In this document: in pieces, positions 22,987 through 35,007 of the stretch | How the letters are laid out: each line of letters begins with the position of its first letter | Numbering within the stretch: the first letter of the stretch is position 1 | DNA from: Octopus sinensis | Taxonomy: Eukaryota | DNA: 64,000 nt | Reading direction: 5' to 3' | Assembly: GCF_006345805.1 (NCBI RefSeq) | Contig: NC_043004.1 | Coordinates: forward strand, 39,494,001-39,558,000 | The notes under the pieces: generated by a model | The model's database searches: none | Told to the model about the DNA's origin: nothing | Seen by the model: the letters and a program-made list of their open reading frames with translations, nothing else | Position numbers and translations under genes: made by a program

Positions 22987-24688
22987 CGTCCTCCGAGGCG
23001 TAGACGGCAATGAAGCATCCTGTTTAGAATGCTTTTGGTACAAGATGTGCCAGCTGGGTGGACTTTTACTAATTATCATTGAGAAGAGAAAGGGAGATAC
23101 TGGTTTACTACTGTCACTGTTAAACATAAACTGCTAAAACTCACGATGAGGTGAGACAGGATAAAAAGACATTTCCTGAAACTGCCACGCAGTGGAAACG
23201 AAACTGAAACGCTGTAGTTGCGAAGCGAAATTCTTAACCACACGGCCATGACTGCATCCAATCCTTACTGTCTTTTAATCTAAAGTCAGACAAGACCGGA
23301 CAAACCTACGATCAAAGGAATTACAACAGTGACTATCTCATATCGATTTTCGGCCATTGTTGAAACTGGTCTATGTAACGCAGTATTATCTACTTTTTAT
23401 AGAAAAGAGATTTGGCTACTACTTTTAGCAAGTAGAGTAACTATGCTCAGGCGCCTCTGTTGGTTCATCGTTTAAGTAAATTGTTAATTGTGATTCAGAT
23501 GGGGAATCACATAGTCTATTGGTCGGCATGGGTGCCATTGAAGATATGACCGTAATAATGAAAAACACGGTATGGTGACTTTTATGCGGTTTATCACACT
23601 GTTCGAAAAAGCAGCTCTAAATCTCTTTCAAATCACACCTTACCGTCTTATAACGGGAAAGTAAAATACCTTTGAGATAAGGCAGTCAAGGGTGGACTAT
23701 TTCTGAACATAATACCGGAAGCTCTCTCGACTGGAATGCTTTTCATAATAGTACTGATCAGGACAGCCAGGAGTTAATTATTGACAACACCAGCAACGGC
23801 CAAATCTTTGATAAATAGGGAACTCGAATGGAGATGACCGTGAACCAAACTACAACAAAGCTATAGCAACAGTATGTGTTCAGGTAGTGTATTAAAGTAT
23901 CGTCTTCCCCCATGCTATATCTATCCACAGGAGGAATTGAAATCAACGCTAAATGTTATTTTATCAAAGTTACAATAATGCTACAGTTTACGTGACCTGT
24001 TACCTTTGGCGGCTCTGTTGGTTTCGCAATTTGAGTGTTAACAGCAAGCTATACGAACTAATTTAGTATTCAGTTGTTATTTCAATCCAGAAGAAACTTC
24101 GTGGTATGTAACCCTCGGAAACACTTTACATTTGTTAAGAGGTTTCAGTCATAGAACTATGAACATGCTGAGGTACTCCCTTAAATGGTCTTGGTCGAGC
24201 ATATTGGCTTTTTATTTATTTATGTCTATAGACTCATGTGTGTAATACTTTTTCTATCGATCTCGAAAATATAAAAGTTGACTTGGGCGTGATTTGAGCT
24301 CGGAGTGAAGAGAACCGGAACAAATACCACCAGCCGCTTCATCCGATTTACTAACGATTCTGCATTCACCGCTCGTATGACTTTACGATTGGCTGAAATC
24401 GGTGTAATTGATGCCGCCAAATAAAACCCTTGATGTAGGGAACGGAGCCCCAATAAAAGAATAAAAGAATAGTTGATTCCATCTGGATCGGGGACGTGAA
24501 GGCCCCATTGACATGAGCATAAACTCCGATACGAGAGCGTCAATGAAAATATTAGATCTATAGAAAAATATAATTACATTTATGGTGAAAATGTAATTAT
24601 AGATATTAGATAAGAAATAAAATGAAATGTAAACTGACATTTTAATGACATTTTAAATAAATTATAAACATTTGTGAGATGAATAAGC

Positions 24689-24727
<39 letters not shown>

Positions 24728-25192
24728 AAATACCGAGGTTCTACCAGAAGGTCGTACTTAAGGACATCAAAGGGATGTATGAGGCATTGTAGGTGCAGTT
24801 TCCACACCCCGTTTCTAGACAGATGACATTCATTATGTAACAATGTTTACCTTATTGCAAAGTTCGGTACGCTTTGTTCTATATCTTCAAAGTTACACAC
24901 ATACGCGTACATGAATATACATATATATTGATAGAGATTTAAACAGACGCGCGAATACTTACGTACAAGTATAAATACGAACATACGTACATCCATATGT
25001 GCTTGCATTCATACATACTTGCACACAGACTTAAGTACGTCGATAAATACTTGCTAATATACATAGACACGTGCATATATACACACACGTACTCGTAATG
25101 TGTGTGTGAATGTGTGTGTGTATGTATGTAATGCATAGATACGGGGAATCATTGGCATTCATGAATAAATATTTTGCGTATAAATTAACAGT

Positions 25193-25912
25193 GGAGGCGC
25201 AATGGCCCAGTGGTCAGGGCAGCGGACTCGCGGTTATAGGATCTGGCAGAGACGTTAGCACGCCGGGCGAAATGCTTACCGGTATTTCGTCTGCCGTTAC
25301 GTTGTGAGTTCAAATTCCGCCGAGGTCGACTTTGCCTTTCATCCTTTCGGGGTCGATAAATAAAGTACCAGTTACGCACTGGGGTCGATGTAATCGACTT
25401 AATCCCTATGTCTGTCCTTGTTTGTCCCCTCTATGTTTAGCCCCTTGTGGGTAATAAAGAAATAGGTTATAGGATCACGGTTTCGATTCTCAGACCGGGC
25501 ATTGTGAGTGTCTATTGAGCGAAAACACCTAAAGCACCAAGAGGCTTCGGCAGGGGTGGCGGTGAACCCTGCTGTACTCTTTCACCACAACTGTTTCTGT
25601 TGTACCTGTATTTCATAGGATCAGCCTTGTCATATTCTGTGTCACGCTGAATCTCCCCGAGAACTACGTTAAGGGTACACGTGTCTGTGGAGTACTCAGC
25701 CACTAGCACGTTAATAAATGAACTGCGACGTCACTGGTGCCGAGCTGCATCGGCCTTTGCCTTTCCCTTGGATAACATCGCTGGTGTGGAGAGGGGAGGC
25801 TGGTATGCATGGGCGACTGCTGGTCTTCCATAAACAACCTGGCCTAGACTTGTGCCTGTGAGAGTAACTTTCTAAGTGCAATCCCGTGGTCATTCCTGAC
25901 CGAAGGGAGTCA
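25193..25912 (+). mobile_element. SINE with head C plus tail ii, interrupted by a family A SINE
   Basis: Head as at 4469. The tail CCCTTGGATAACATC..TGGAGAGGGGAGGCTGGTATGCATGGGCGACTGCTGGTCTTCCATA is shared with 58282-59008. Confidence 0.85.
25244..25464 (+). mobile_element. SINE family A nested in SINE C, 12-bp TSD
   Basis: TSD GGTTATAGGATC at 25232-25243 and 25465-25476. Confidence 0.93.
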
Positions 25913-26711
25913 CAACAATATATTAGCAGTAATATACAAATATAATACATGTCTAATAATAATAAGCTCAAATACATACAACAAATACGCGCGCGCAGAT
26001 ACATGCACACATACACACACACACACTAAGTTAGAGAATCGTAAACAAACCAGTATCAGTTATCGCATACGCACATAAATATGTACACAAATGTATATAC
26101 GACGGACTTTTAATTTCAGTCTACTAAATCTATTCACAAGGCTTTTGTTGGCTCAAGGCTACAGTAGAAGACACTTACTCAACGTGTCGCGGAGTGACAC
26201 GGAAACGTTCGCCGAACGCAAAATTCTGAGCACACAGCCATAGTATATGTGGTAGACAGCTGACTGAATAAGCTGTTAGGCGAAATTTAATAGCCCAGCC
26301 AAAACGAATTTTATTACATTTGACTCTACTTTCACTACTGAATCTCCTCATTAGTAAACGTTATTCTAAAATTTTCTTTAAGATAATAAGCTTAGGCTCT
26401 TCCTTCTCTTCCACCCCACCCTCTTTCTGTCTCACGCACACACACACACATATTTATACTCACACACCCACACTTACGCATAAATGTTTATGCTCATCAG
26501 GTGTATTTAGGATTTTAGGAATAATTGACGTATTTAGATACCGGATATTGGGAGCGATAAACGGGTATTTACATGAATAAAAGAGTTTCGTGGGTAAATA
26601 TGGGCGGGTGCGGATGAGTAATTGTGTGTTTGTGTTACATTTGAAAAATATTAAAATACATCTGCTTACGATTGTGGGTTTGTGGTTGAGTTTATTATAT
26701 AAATTAAGTGC

Positions 26712-26870
26712 AGGCGTGGCTCTGTGGTAAGAAGCTTGCTACCCAGCCACAGGGTTACGAGTTTAGTCCCACTGCATACTACCTTGGGAAAGTGCCTTCT
26801 ACTATATTCTCGGGCCGACCAAAGCCCAGTGAATAGATTTGGTTGACGGAAACTGAAAGAAACTTGTCAT
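26712..26870 (+). mobile_element. SINE family B 5' half
   Basis: Head, CORE-like segment and GACGGAAACTGAAAGAA, ending in (TA)n. Confidence 0.8.
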
Positions 26871-26896
26871 ATATATATATATATATATATGTACTC

Positions 26897-27194
26897 AAAA
26901 ATAAGCAATAAGAATGAATCCGGTAATTTAGTACAATTGTTTCATACTACAACATTTTATTAAAAGCTGTACATATTACAGCAGATTTAAGATGCCGAGT
27001 AATCTTCAGCTAATTTCATATAGGCTTTCCAATAATATAAAGTTCTCAGATTATATTATTGGAAAACCTATATAAAATTAGCTGAAGATTACTCGGCATC
27101 TTAAATCTGCTGTAATATTTACATCTTTTAATAAAATGTTGTAGTATGAAACAATTGTACTAAATTACCGGATTCATTCTTGTTGCTTATTTTT
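26897..27194. repeat. Near-perfect 298-bp palindrome
   Basis: Arms of about 144 bp (AAAAATAAGCAA.AAGAATGAATCCGG...) around a 10-nt loop AGTTCTCAGA, with few mismatches. Confidence 0.95.
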
Positions 27195-27294
27195 TATTAT
27201 AATCACCCCGCATATTTTTATGGGTAACACCATAAAAAAATTCTGGTGCAACTAATTTAAGTGCCGTATTCATTTGAATCTAAATTGTTGCTGA

Positions 27295-27371
<77 letters not shown>

Positions 27372-27417
27372 AAGTAAATAAATGGAGTTGAACGCAGATG
27401 TTATTAAAATTCTTTTA

Positions 27418-27500
27418 CTTTCGACATATGTTTCGAAGACAACATTGGTTTTATTCCAAAGGAATAAACGGTGTAAAATGCAATCTTCTTATCAGGAAAG
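27418..27500 (-). ncRNA. Type I hammerhead-like motif with extended stem II
   Basis: Minus strand reads CTTTC-CTGATAA-GAAGA...TTTATTCC-TTT-GGAATAAA...TCTTC-GAAAC-ATAT-GTC-GAAAG: 5-bp stem I, GUC cleavage triplet, palindromic ACATATGT stem III and a G8A change. Confidence 0.7.
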
Positions 27501-27736
27501 AAAGAGAGCCTATCACAACAAGACATTATAACAATTACGATGACTGCCTAAATGATAAACAGAACGTTATTAAGTATTATAAAAAAAAAGTTACCGCACA
27601 TTAACCCGGAGTTTCTACCTTTGAAAAGGTTGCTTCATCCTGTTACTTGCGTGAATTTTGCTACCCTGGTAACTGTTTATTGAATTTTCCATGTTAACGG
27701 TAAACAAAGGATAATTCATTCATCCATTTAATATAT

Positions 27737-27778
<42 letters not shown>

Positions 27779-28462
27779 TTGAAGAGATGAACTCAGAATG
27801 AATGTTGGGGTTAATCAGCAAATTATCAAACGGAAAGCACAAAGACAAAATTTCTTTTAATAATCTTAAGAATACACATACATTAATGCATATTAATACA
27901 GATCAATATAAATCTATATATATATATATATGTACAAGCATAACATATAAATATATAAATAAAAATATAAATTAACGGAACGTAAAAATATTCGGGGTAT
28001 AAATATGGTGACTGCATTCGAAAAAGAGCACATTAGCAGAAATGGAAATAGAGAGTGAAAATAAAATGATAAACTACCTATAGAAAAAGATGCAACTTAT
28101 ATAATTTATATAAGATAACAGTAGGAAGGCATCTAAGTCATCGAACAGCAAAACAAATAAGACAGTTCAGAGAGCAAATAACTACATTACTAGAACAGAT
28201 CAAAAATTTACAATTAAGGATTAAGAATTAAGGATCAAGTCCCGTTATTGGAGGAGGTCCATATGGTTCGTCTCGTACTCACTCAGAGCGCACTTCTGAG
28301 TTACAGCCCTTATATCTCGAAAGAAAGGTTTAATAGTGTGTATGTATATATATATATATATATAACGGGAAGCTTTATGAAAATAAACAAAAGACGAAGG
28401 CAGGTGGAAAACAAACGAACAATTGTATTAGTATGGCGCTCAGGAAATATAAATAAAACAAG

Positions 28463-28500
28463 TCTTTAACGTTTCGAGCCTACGCTCTTCAACAGAAAGA
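28463..28500 (-). ncRNA. Minimal type I hammerhead-like motif
   Basis: Minus strand reads TCTTT-CTGTTGA-A-GAGC-GTAG-GCTC-GAAACGTT-AAAGA: perfect stems I and II with an A6U core change. It lies in a PLE-type fragment at 28366-28501. Confidence 0.75.
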
Positions 28501-28501
28501 T

Positions 28502-28601
28502 NNNNNNNNNNNNNNNNNNNNNNNNNNNNNNNNNNNNNNNNNNNNNNNNNNNNNNNNNNNNNNNNNNNNNNNNNNNNNNNNNNNNNNNNNNNNNNNNNNN
28601 N
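28502..28601. other. Assembly gap (100 N)
   Basis: Run of n characters. Confidence 1.
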
Positions 28602-28853
28602 ATATATATATATATACTACAAAATTAGAAAATGGAGTGGTAGTATTAATTTACGGTAATATTATTACCTTTGCCCATATAATACAATAGATGAAATAAT
28701 TGCTTGGCAATTTTTAACATCTATGTATTAGTCTTGTGGGGTACCTATCTAGCAGTATATTGGATATATGTTATCCATGGTGGATTGAATTTTTCAACCC
28801 CTATCTCATTTTATAACCTATATATATATATATGTGTGTTTATATATTATATA

Positions 28854-28884
<31 letters not shown>

Positions 28885-28944
28885 ATATATATATATGTTG
28901 TTTATTTAAGGGACCAAATGAAACAAGTAAAAAATATATGTATA

Positions 28945-29105
28945 TACGACGAGCTTCTGTCAATTTCCGTCTACCAAATCCATTTGCAAGGCTATATGCT
29001 GCCCGATGCTATAGTAGAAAATACTCGACGAAGATACCACGCGTGGGACTGAACCCGGAACCATATGGCTAGGAAGTAAGCTGCTTGCCACGCAGCCACG
29101 CCTGC
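28945..29105 (-). mobile_element. SINE family B 5' half
   Basis: CCGTCTACCAAATCC...GCGTGGGACTGAACCCGGAACCAT...CCACGCAGCCACGCCTGCGCC. Confidence 0.8.
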
Positions 29106-29187
29106 GCCCGTGTGTGTATGTGTGCGAATGCGTTTTCAAATTCATTAACTTGTCATGACATTTCTTCTTTTTTTTAATTCTACTCAG

Positions 29188-29341
29188 CCCTGCTACATCC
29201 CTCCCACAACAACAGTCAAGCAAGCCTCACAGCCCCCGCAGCCCTCGTAGCCCTCACAGCCCTCACAGCTGGAGCAGCCTGAATAGAAATGAATCTGGGT
29301 CAAGGCAACAATTTCACAGATTATTACAGCTGTTGTTGAAT
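29188..29341 (+). CDS. Candidate internal coding exon, unidentified SP-rich protein (PATSLPQQQSSKPHSPRSPRSPHSPHSWSSLNRNESGSRQQFHRLLQLLLN)
   Basis: Long polypyrimidine tract plus CTCAG acceptor, 154 nt open in one frame (1 nt plus 51 codons), donor AT|GTAAGA, and higher GC than the flanks. Confidence 0.6.
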
Positions 29342-29629
29342 GTAAGAATTAACATTTGCAGAAGCCCCAATAAGGAAATTCCTTCCATTCACTACAAGAA
29401 CCAAAAACGTTTCCACCATTACATACCATATACATTACTGTAAATTTAAATTACTTGTTCTTCTCTTCTTCCTTTTTTCCTCTTTTTCTTTGCTTTCCTT
29501 CTTTAATTTTTTCTTTTTTTCTTTTTTATTGATATAATTTATTTAATATTCTTAGTTGTATTTTTTAAACCGGATGTGCTAGCTTAAAATTTCAGTTGAG
29601 AATATATTACAAATATCTTTTAACCCCAC

Positions 29630-29678
<49 letters not shown>

Positions 29679-29914
29679 TTTCTTGCGTTCTTATTTCCCC
29701 TCAGCCTTACCTTCTCTTTCCCTCTCTTTCTCTCTCCCTATTTCCCCCTCGCTAGCATCTGAAAAGATGAATCCTTTAGCGACTTACATAACAAGAACAG
29801 ATAATATGGCGATGTATCAAGTCTTATCTGGCTTTCCACTGAATCGTTTCTTGTCGACAGATAAAAAGGAAAAAACAGTTTAGGAGTGAATAAGTTACTT
29901 ATTTTCATCTCCTC

Positions 29915-29918
29915 AGAA

Positions 29919-30004
<86 letters not shown>

Positions 30005-30028
30005 TTATCTATTGACTGACAGACAAAC

Positions 30029-30070
<42 letters not shown>

Positions 30071-30090
30071 GTAGATAAATAGGTAGATAG
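29915..30090. repeat. (TCTA)n facing (GATA)n, forming an inverted microsatellite pair
   Basis: Complementary tetranucleotide arrays separated by about 25 bp. Confidence 0.9.
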
Positions 30091-30476
30091 ATGTGTGCTC
30101 ACCTGTATACACGTGTGTGTGTGTGAGAGATGGACAGACAGACGCACAGACAGACAGACAGACAGAAAATGAGAGAGACAGAAATAGAGATTGTGTGTGT
30201 GTGCTTGTGGGCTCGTAGCCTAGTGGTCGGGGTATTTGCGGCTAATCGCTCGGTTAGAAATTTTGATTTCACTTCGAAGGTGACGTGAGTGCGCAGTCTT
30301 GATAATACGCTATCTGGCGAAATACGGTATCTGCCGCTCTTATAATCACTTTCTGGAGTGATATTGTTTCGGTTACCTCTGAAGTCTATAGTGCCTTTTA
30401 ACACTACATTTCTTTAAAGAGATTTTGTCGAACGAAAATATTGACTTACAGACAAACAGATGGATAGATAGATAGA

Positions 30477-30526
<50 letters not shown>

Positions 30527-30720
30527 TTGACGGGTTTCCATACAGTTTCTGTCTTCCAAATACATTCATAAGGCATTATTCGGCTCACGAGCAATATCAA
30601 AGGACACTAGCTCAACTTGTCACGCAGTGGGATTGAACTCAAAATAACGTGGTTGCAAAGCAAGCATCTTGACCATACAGCCATGCCTATGCCTCTTCTG
30701 GGTAATATTTAATTTCTTCG

Positions 30721-31590
30721 AAGGCGGAGAGCTGGCAGAACCGTTAGAACGCCGGGCGAAATGCTTAGCAGTATTCCGTCTGCCGTCACGTTCTGAGTTC
30801 AAATTCCGCCGAGGTCGACTTTGCCTTTCATCCTTTTGGGGTCGATTGAATAAGTACCAGTTACGCACTGGGGTCGATGTGGGTCGATGTAATCGACTTA
30901 ATCCGCTTGTCTGTTCTTGTTTGTCCTCTCTGTGTTTAGCCCCTTTTGGGTAGTAGAGAAATAGGTATTACATCTGCCGTTACGTTCTTAGTTCAAATTC
31001 CGCCGAGGTCAACTTTGCCTTTTATCCTTTTGGGGTCGATAAATTAAGTACCAGTTACGCACTGGAGTGGATGTAATCGACTTAATCCGTTTGTCTGTCC
31101 TTGTTTGTCCCCTCCATGTTTAGTCCCTAGTGGGCAATAAAGTGATAAAACGTTAACACACCGGGTGAAATGCTTAGAGTTATTTCCTCTCTCTTTACGT
31201 TCTGGGTTCAAATTCCGCCGATGTCCACTTTGCCTTTCATCCTTTCAGGGTCGATAAATTAAATGCCAATTGCAAACTGAGATCGATCCAGTCGAACGGC
31301 CCCACTCACGCAAACGTTTCGGGCCTTTTACCTAGAGTAGAAAAGAATATTTAATTACTTTGAAGGCGGCGAGCTGGCAGAAACGTTAGCACACCGGGCG
31401 AAATTCTTAGCGGTACTTCGTCTGTCTTTACGTTCTGAGTTCAAATTCCGCCGATGTCCACTTTGCCTTTCATCCTTTCAGGGTCGATAAATTAAATACC
31501 AATTGCATACTGAGGTCGATCTAGTCGAATGGTCCCTACTTCCGCAAAAATTCCGGGCCTTGTACCTAGAGTAGAAAAAAATTTTTAATT
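30721..31590 (+). mobile_element. Head-to-tail array of four SINE family A units
   Basis: Units start near 30721, 30964, 31148 and 31362. The first two have tail type 1 and the last two have tail type 2. Confidence 0.88.
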
Positions 31591-31959
31591 TCTTTGGTTT
31601 GACAGATAGGAACAGTTTTAAGTTCCGATCTTCTCTAACAGAAATGTTGAATTGAATATACGAATATTATTGAAAATAATACTATCAAGGGACGCCATTG
31701 AAGATAGATTCTCTAATTTGCTTCTTCTGTTCTATCTTTTCTGCCTTTAATTGTTTTCATCCTCCACTCGTTTTCCGTTTATCTTCCACCTTTTTCGAAT
31801 AATCGGTCGAGCGAGTAATGATACCATTTTAAGGAAAAGGAAAGATTTTTTTTTTCTTTCGTTATTATAAATGCCAAATGTTTTCACGTATTATTTGTTA
31901 GAGATAGCGTGTGTATAAGAAACGGTAAGGTACATTGGCGTGTGTATGAAGGCTTATGC

Positions 31960-32026
31960 GTGATTGTGGTGGAAGAGAGAGTTGTACCAGATGGGGGGAA
32001 AAAATAAAAACAAAAAGAATGATGGC

Positions 32027-32060
<34 letters not shown>

Positions 32061-32249
32061 TGAAAGGTGCTGCTGTTGCTGCTGCTGCTGCTGCTGATAA
32101 TGATGACGATGATGATGATGAGAAAGAGGAGGAGGAGGAGGATAATGACGACGATGTATAAAAGCAACATATGACAAGAACAATATAAAACACGAAGAGG
32201 AAGAGAGAAGAAGAAGAAGAAGAAGAAGAAAAGGAGTAGTAGTAGTAGC

Positions 32250-32292
<43 letters not shown>

Positions 32293-32880
32293 AAGAAGAA
32301 GAAAAGGAAGAAAGGAGCCCAGAAACTGAAAATAAGATGAAATATAAAATGAAAGAAACTCTCAACGAGGATGTAGGCGATTGCTTGGAAGGATGATAAA
32401 AATGATGAAAGATCGGAATGAAAGACGAGGAAAGAAAACATTGAAAAACGATATGATGAGATGGAGAAATATATGAACGATGGTGATAATGATGATGATG
32501 TTGATTGATGACGGCAGTGGCGGTGGTGATGGTGGTGATGGGAGTGGGGGGATTGTGGTGGTAGTGGTATTCGTAGTGGTGGATGTGATATTAATGATGG
32601 TGGTGATGAAGTTAACGGTGGTGGTTGTGGCGTGTTCGGTGGTGTTGGTGATAGTTCGTGGTGGTGGTGGTGGTGGTTGTGGTGGTCATGGTAATAGTTC
32701 CGGTGATGATACTTACTGGTGATGGTCGTGGTTGTAGTTGTGCAACGACGGCGGGACAGGGGATAATTGTGATGGTGTGGAGGTCGTGGTTATGGGGTTA
32801 TGATGATGATGATGATGATGATGATGGGGTGTAGGAGGAGGAGGATATGATGGTGGTGGTGGTGGTGATTGTGATACTTT
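31960..32880. repeat. Mixed trinucleotide low-complexity block (GAT, GCT, GAG, GAA, GTA, GGT)
   Basis: Successive pure triplet runs; these are the source of the homopolymer ORFs in the track. Confidence 0.95.
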
Positions 32881-32919
32881 GGTTACTTAGCACCAAGTGA
32901 GCTGACCATCCACTCCGTT

Positions 32920-33345
32920 TGTCTGTCCCTGTTTGTCCCTTCTGTGTTTAGCCCCTTGTAGGTAGTAAAGAAATAGGTATTTCGTTTGTCTTTATGTTCT
33001 GGGTTCAAATTCCGCCGAGGTCGACTTTGCATTTTATCCTTTCGAGATCGATTAAATAAGTACCAGTTACACACTGGGGTCGATATAATCGACTAGATCC
33101 GTTTGTCTGTCCTTGTTTGTCGTCTCTGTGTTTTAGCCCCTTGTGGGTAGTAAAGAAATAGGTATTTCGTTTGTCTTTATGTTCTGAGTTCAAATTCTGC
33201 CGAGGTCGATTTTGCCTTTCATCCTTTCGGGGTCGATTAAATAGGTATCAGTTACACACTGGGGTCGATGTATTGGACTCAATCCCTTTGTTTGTTGTTG
33301 TTTGTCCCTTCTATGTTTAGCCCCCAGCGGGCAATACAGAAATAA
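32920..33345 (+). mobile_element. Tandem array of three partial SINE family A units
   Basis: Two GAAATA|GGTATTTCGTTTGTCTTTATGTTCTG junctions near 32975 and 33160. Confidence 0.88.
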
Positions 33346-33357
33346 ATGTAATATAAA

Positions 33358-33880
33358 TGTGACGAGCTGGTGGAATCGTAAGCAAGACAAACAAAATACT
33401 TAGCGGCATTTCGCCCATTTTTATGTACAGAGTTAAAATTACGCCGATAATTAAGCAGATCAGGCCGAAAATGTCGCTAGAAGCTAGGATCACCAAGCGT
33501 AGATTGGCATATTTCGGTCATATTATGCGGAGAAAATCCCTGGAGAAGGACATCATGCTCGGAATGGTCAGTGGCAAGAGAGGAAGAGGCCGACCAAGAA
33601 CCCGCTGGCTTGACACCATCAAGAGGGATACCGGAATGGACATAGCCAATCTGAAGGAAGCGGCCCAGGATAGAACTGACTGGAAGACAATGATCCAACG
33701 AGTGACCGAGAGTCGACTTCGACTGAGCGGATAGAGAGAGAGAAAATTACGCCGAGGTCGGAGTCGAAAAAATAAGTACTAGTTGAGTACCGTGGTCGAT
33801 ATGATCGACTTACACCCCCCGCCACCCGCCTAAATAAAAAAATTACTGGCCTCGTGCCAAAGTTTGAAGCCAATACAAAG
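33358..33880 (+). mobile_element. Old SINE family A interrupted by an RTE fragment
   Basis: Head at 33358-33447, with the remainder after 33755. Confidence 0.7.
33448..33742 (+). mobile_element. 5'-truncated RTE-clade LINE (ORF C-terminus), 13-bp TSD
   Basis: RRLAYFGHIMRR..LEKDIMLGMVSGKRGRGRPRTRWLD...AAQDRTDW, a stop codon, then a (GA)n tail. TSD AAAATTACGCCGA at 33435-33447 and 33743-33755. Confidence 0.95.
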
Positions 33881-34084
33881 GTGGAACACAATACTTACGA
33901 CGACCAAAATATTTAGCGGCATTTCTTTCGACTTTATGAGCTGAGCTCAAATGCCGCAGGGATCGAATTTGCCTTTCATTCTTTTGGGTGTCGATAAAAT
34001 GAGTACCAGCTGAGCACTGGGGGGGGGGTTTGTGATGGACTTAGTTACTTCCCTGAAACTGCTGGACTTATTCTTTATTTTATT

Positions 34085-34670
34085 CTTTTATTCTTTTGCT
34101 TGTTCCAGTCATTTGACTGCGGCCATGCTGGAGCATCACCTTTAGTCGAACAAATCGACCCCAGTACTTAAGCCTAGTACTCATCCTATCGGGCTCTATT
34201 GCCGAACCGCTAAGTTACGGGGACATAAGCACACCAACATCGGTTGTCAATCGATGTTGGGGGGAACAAACACAGACACACAAATACATACATACATACA
34301 TACATACATACATACACACACACACAAAAACACACTACGTACGTACGTACAAAAATGCCCTGTTGTTGAAATTCCAATGGATCTATGTTTGGAAACCTGT
34401 TCTTTCTCTATTGGCAAGTAATTTTGAAATAAACTGAATAATGACACACATACATACACACCCCTATATATGTCTGTGTGTGTATGATTGATTGATTCTA
34501 GTTTCAGCTTATGAGCTGTGGCCATGCTGGGGCACACGATGAGCTTCTTTCAGTTTCCGTCTACCAAATCCACTCACAAGGCTTTGGTCACTTGCCCAAG
34601 ATGCCACGCAGTGGGTCTGAACCCGAACCATGTGATTGGGAAGTAAGCTTCTTACCACACAGCCACTCCT
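34085..34670 (-). mobile_element. SINE family B with internal insertion
   Basis: 3' half at 34085-34280, 5' half at 34540-34670, and an extra tail fragment near 34500. Confidence 0.8.
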
Positions 34671-35007
34671 GATTTGAAAATAATTATATGCGATCTTATA
34701 GATAGTCCATCAGACTCAGTGTAGTCTAAACAATGTACGTACGCTTAATGTTAACTAACAGATCATGGATGTTTGTGACTGCCAAGAATCTGAGCGAGGC
34801 ACACGATGGTCGAAATGGTTGGATTCCAGTATGTTTTCCAATGCTGATATAACCCAGAAACTGTTTTAGCGAAAGGATAAATATGTATTTGTATAGGGAA
34901 TACTCATTAGAATTTGAGAAGACTAGAAGTAAATGACCTGCGACCGACAACAGTCGTTATATTCAAAGCGAAAATGGAGGTTGTTCATGTTGCTTTGAAG
35001 TGTGAAA

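Noticed and set aside
30721-33345. Regularly spaced repeats resembling a CRISPR array
   Set aside because: The units are 180-240 bp SINE copies without unique spacers, there are no cas genes, and the context is eukaryotic.
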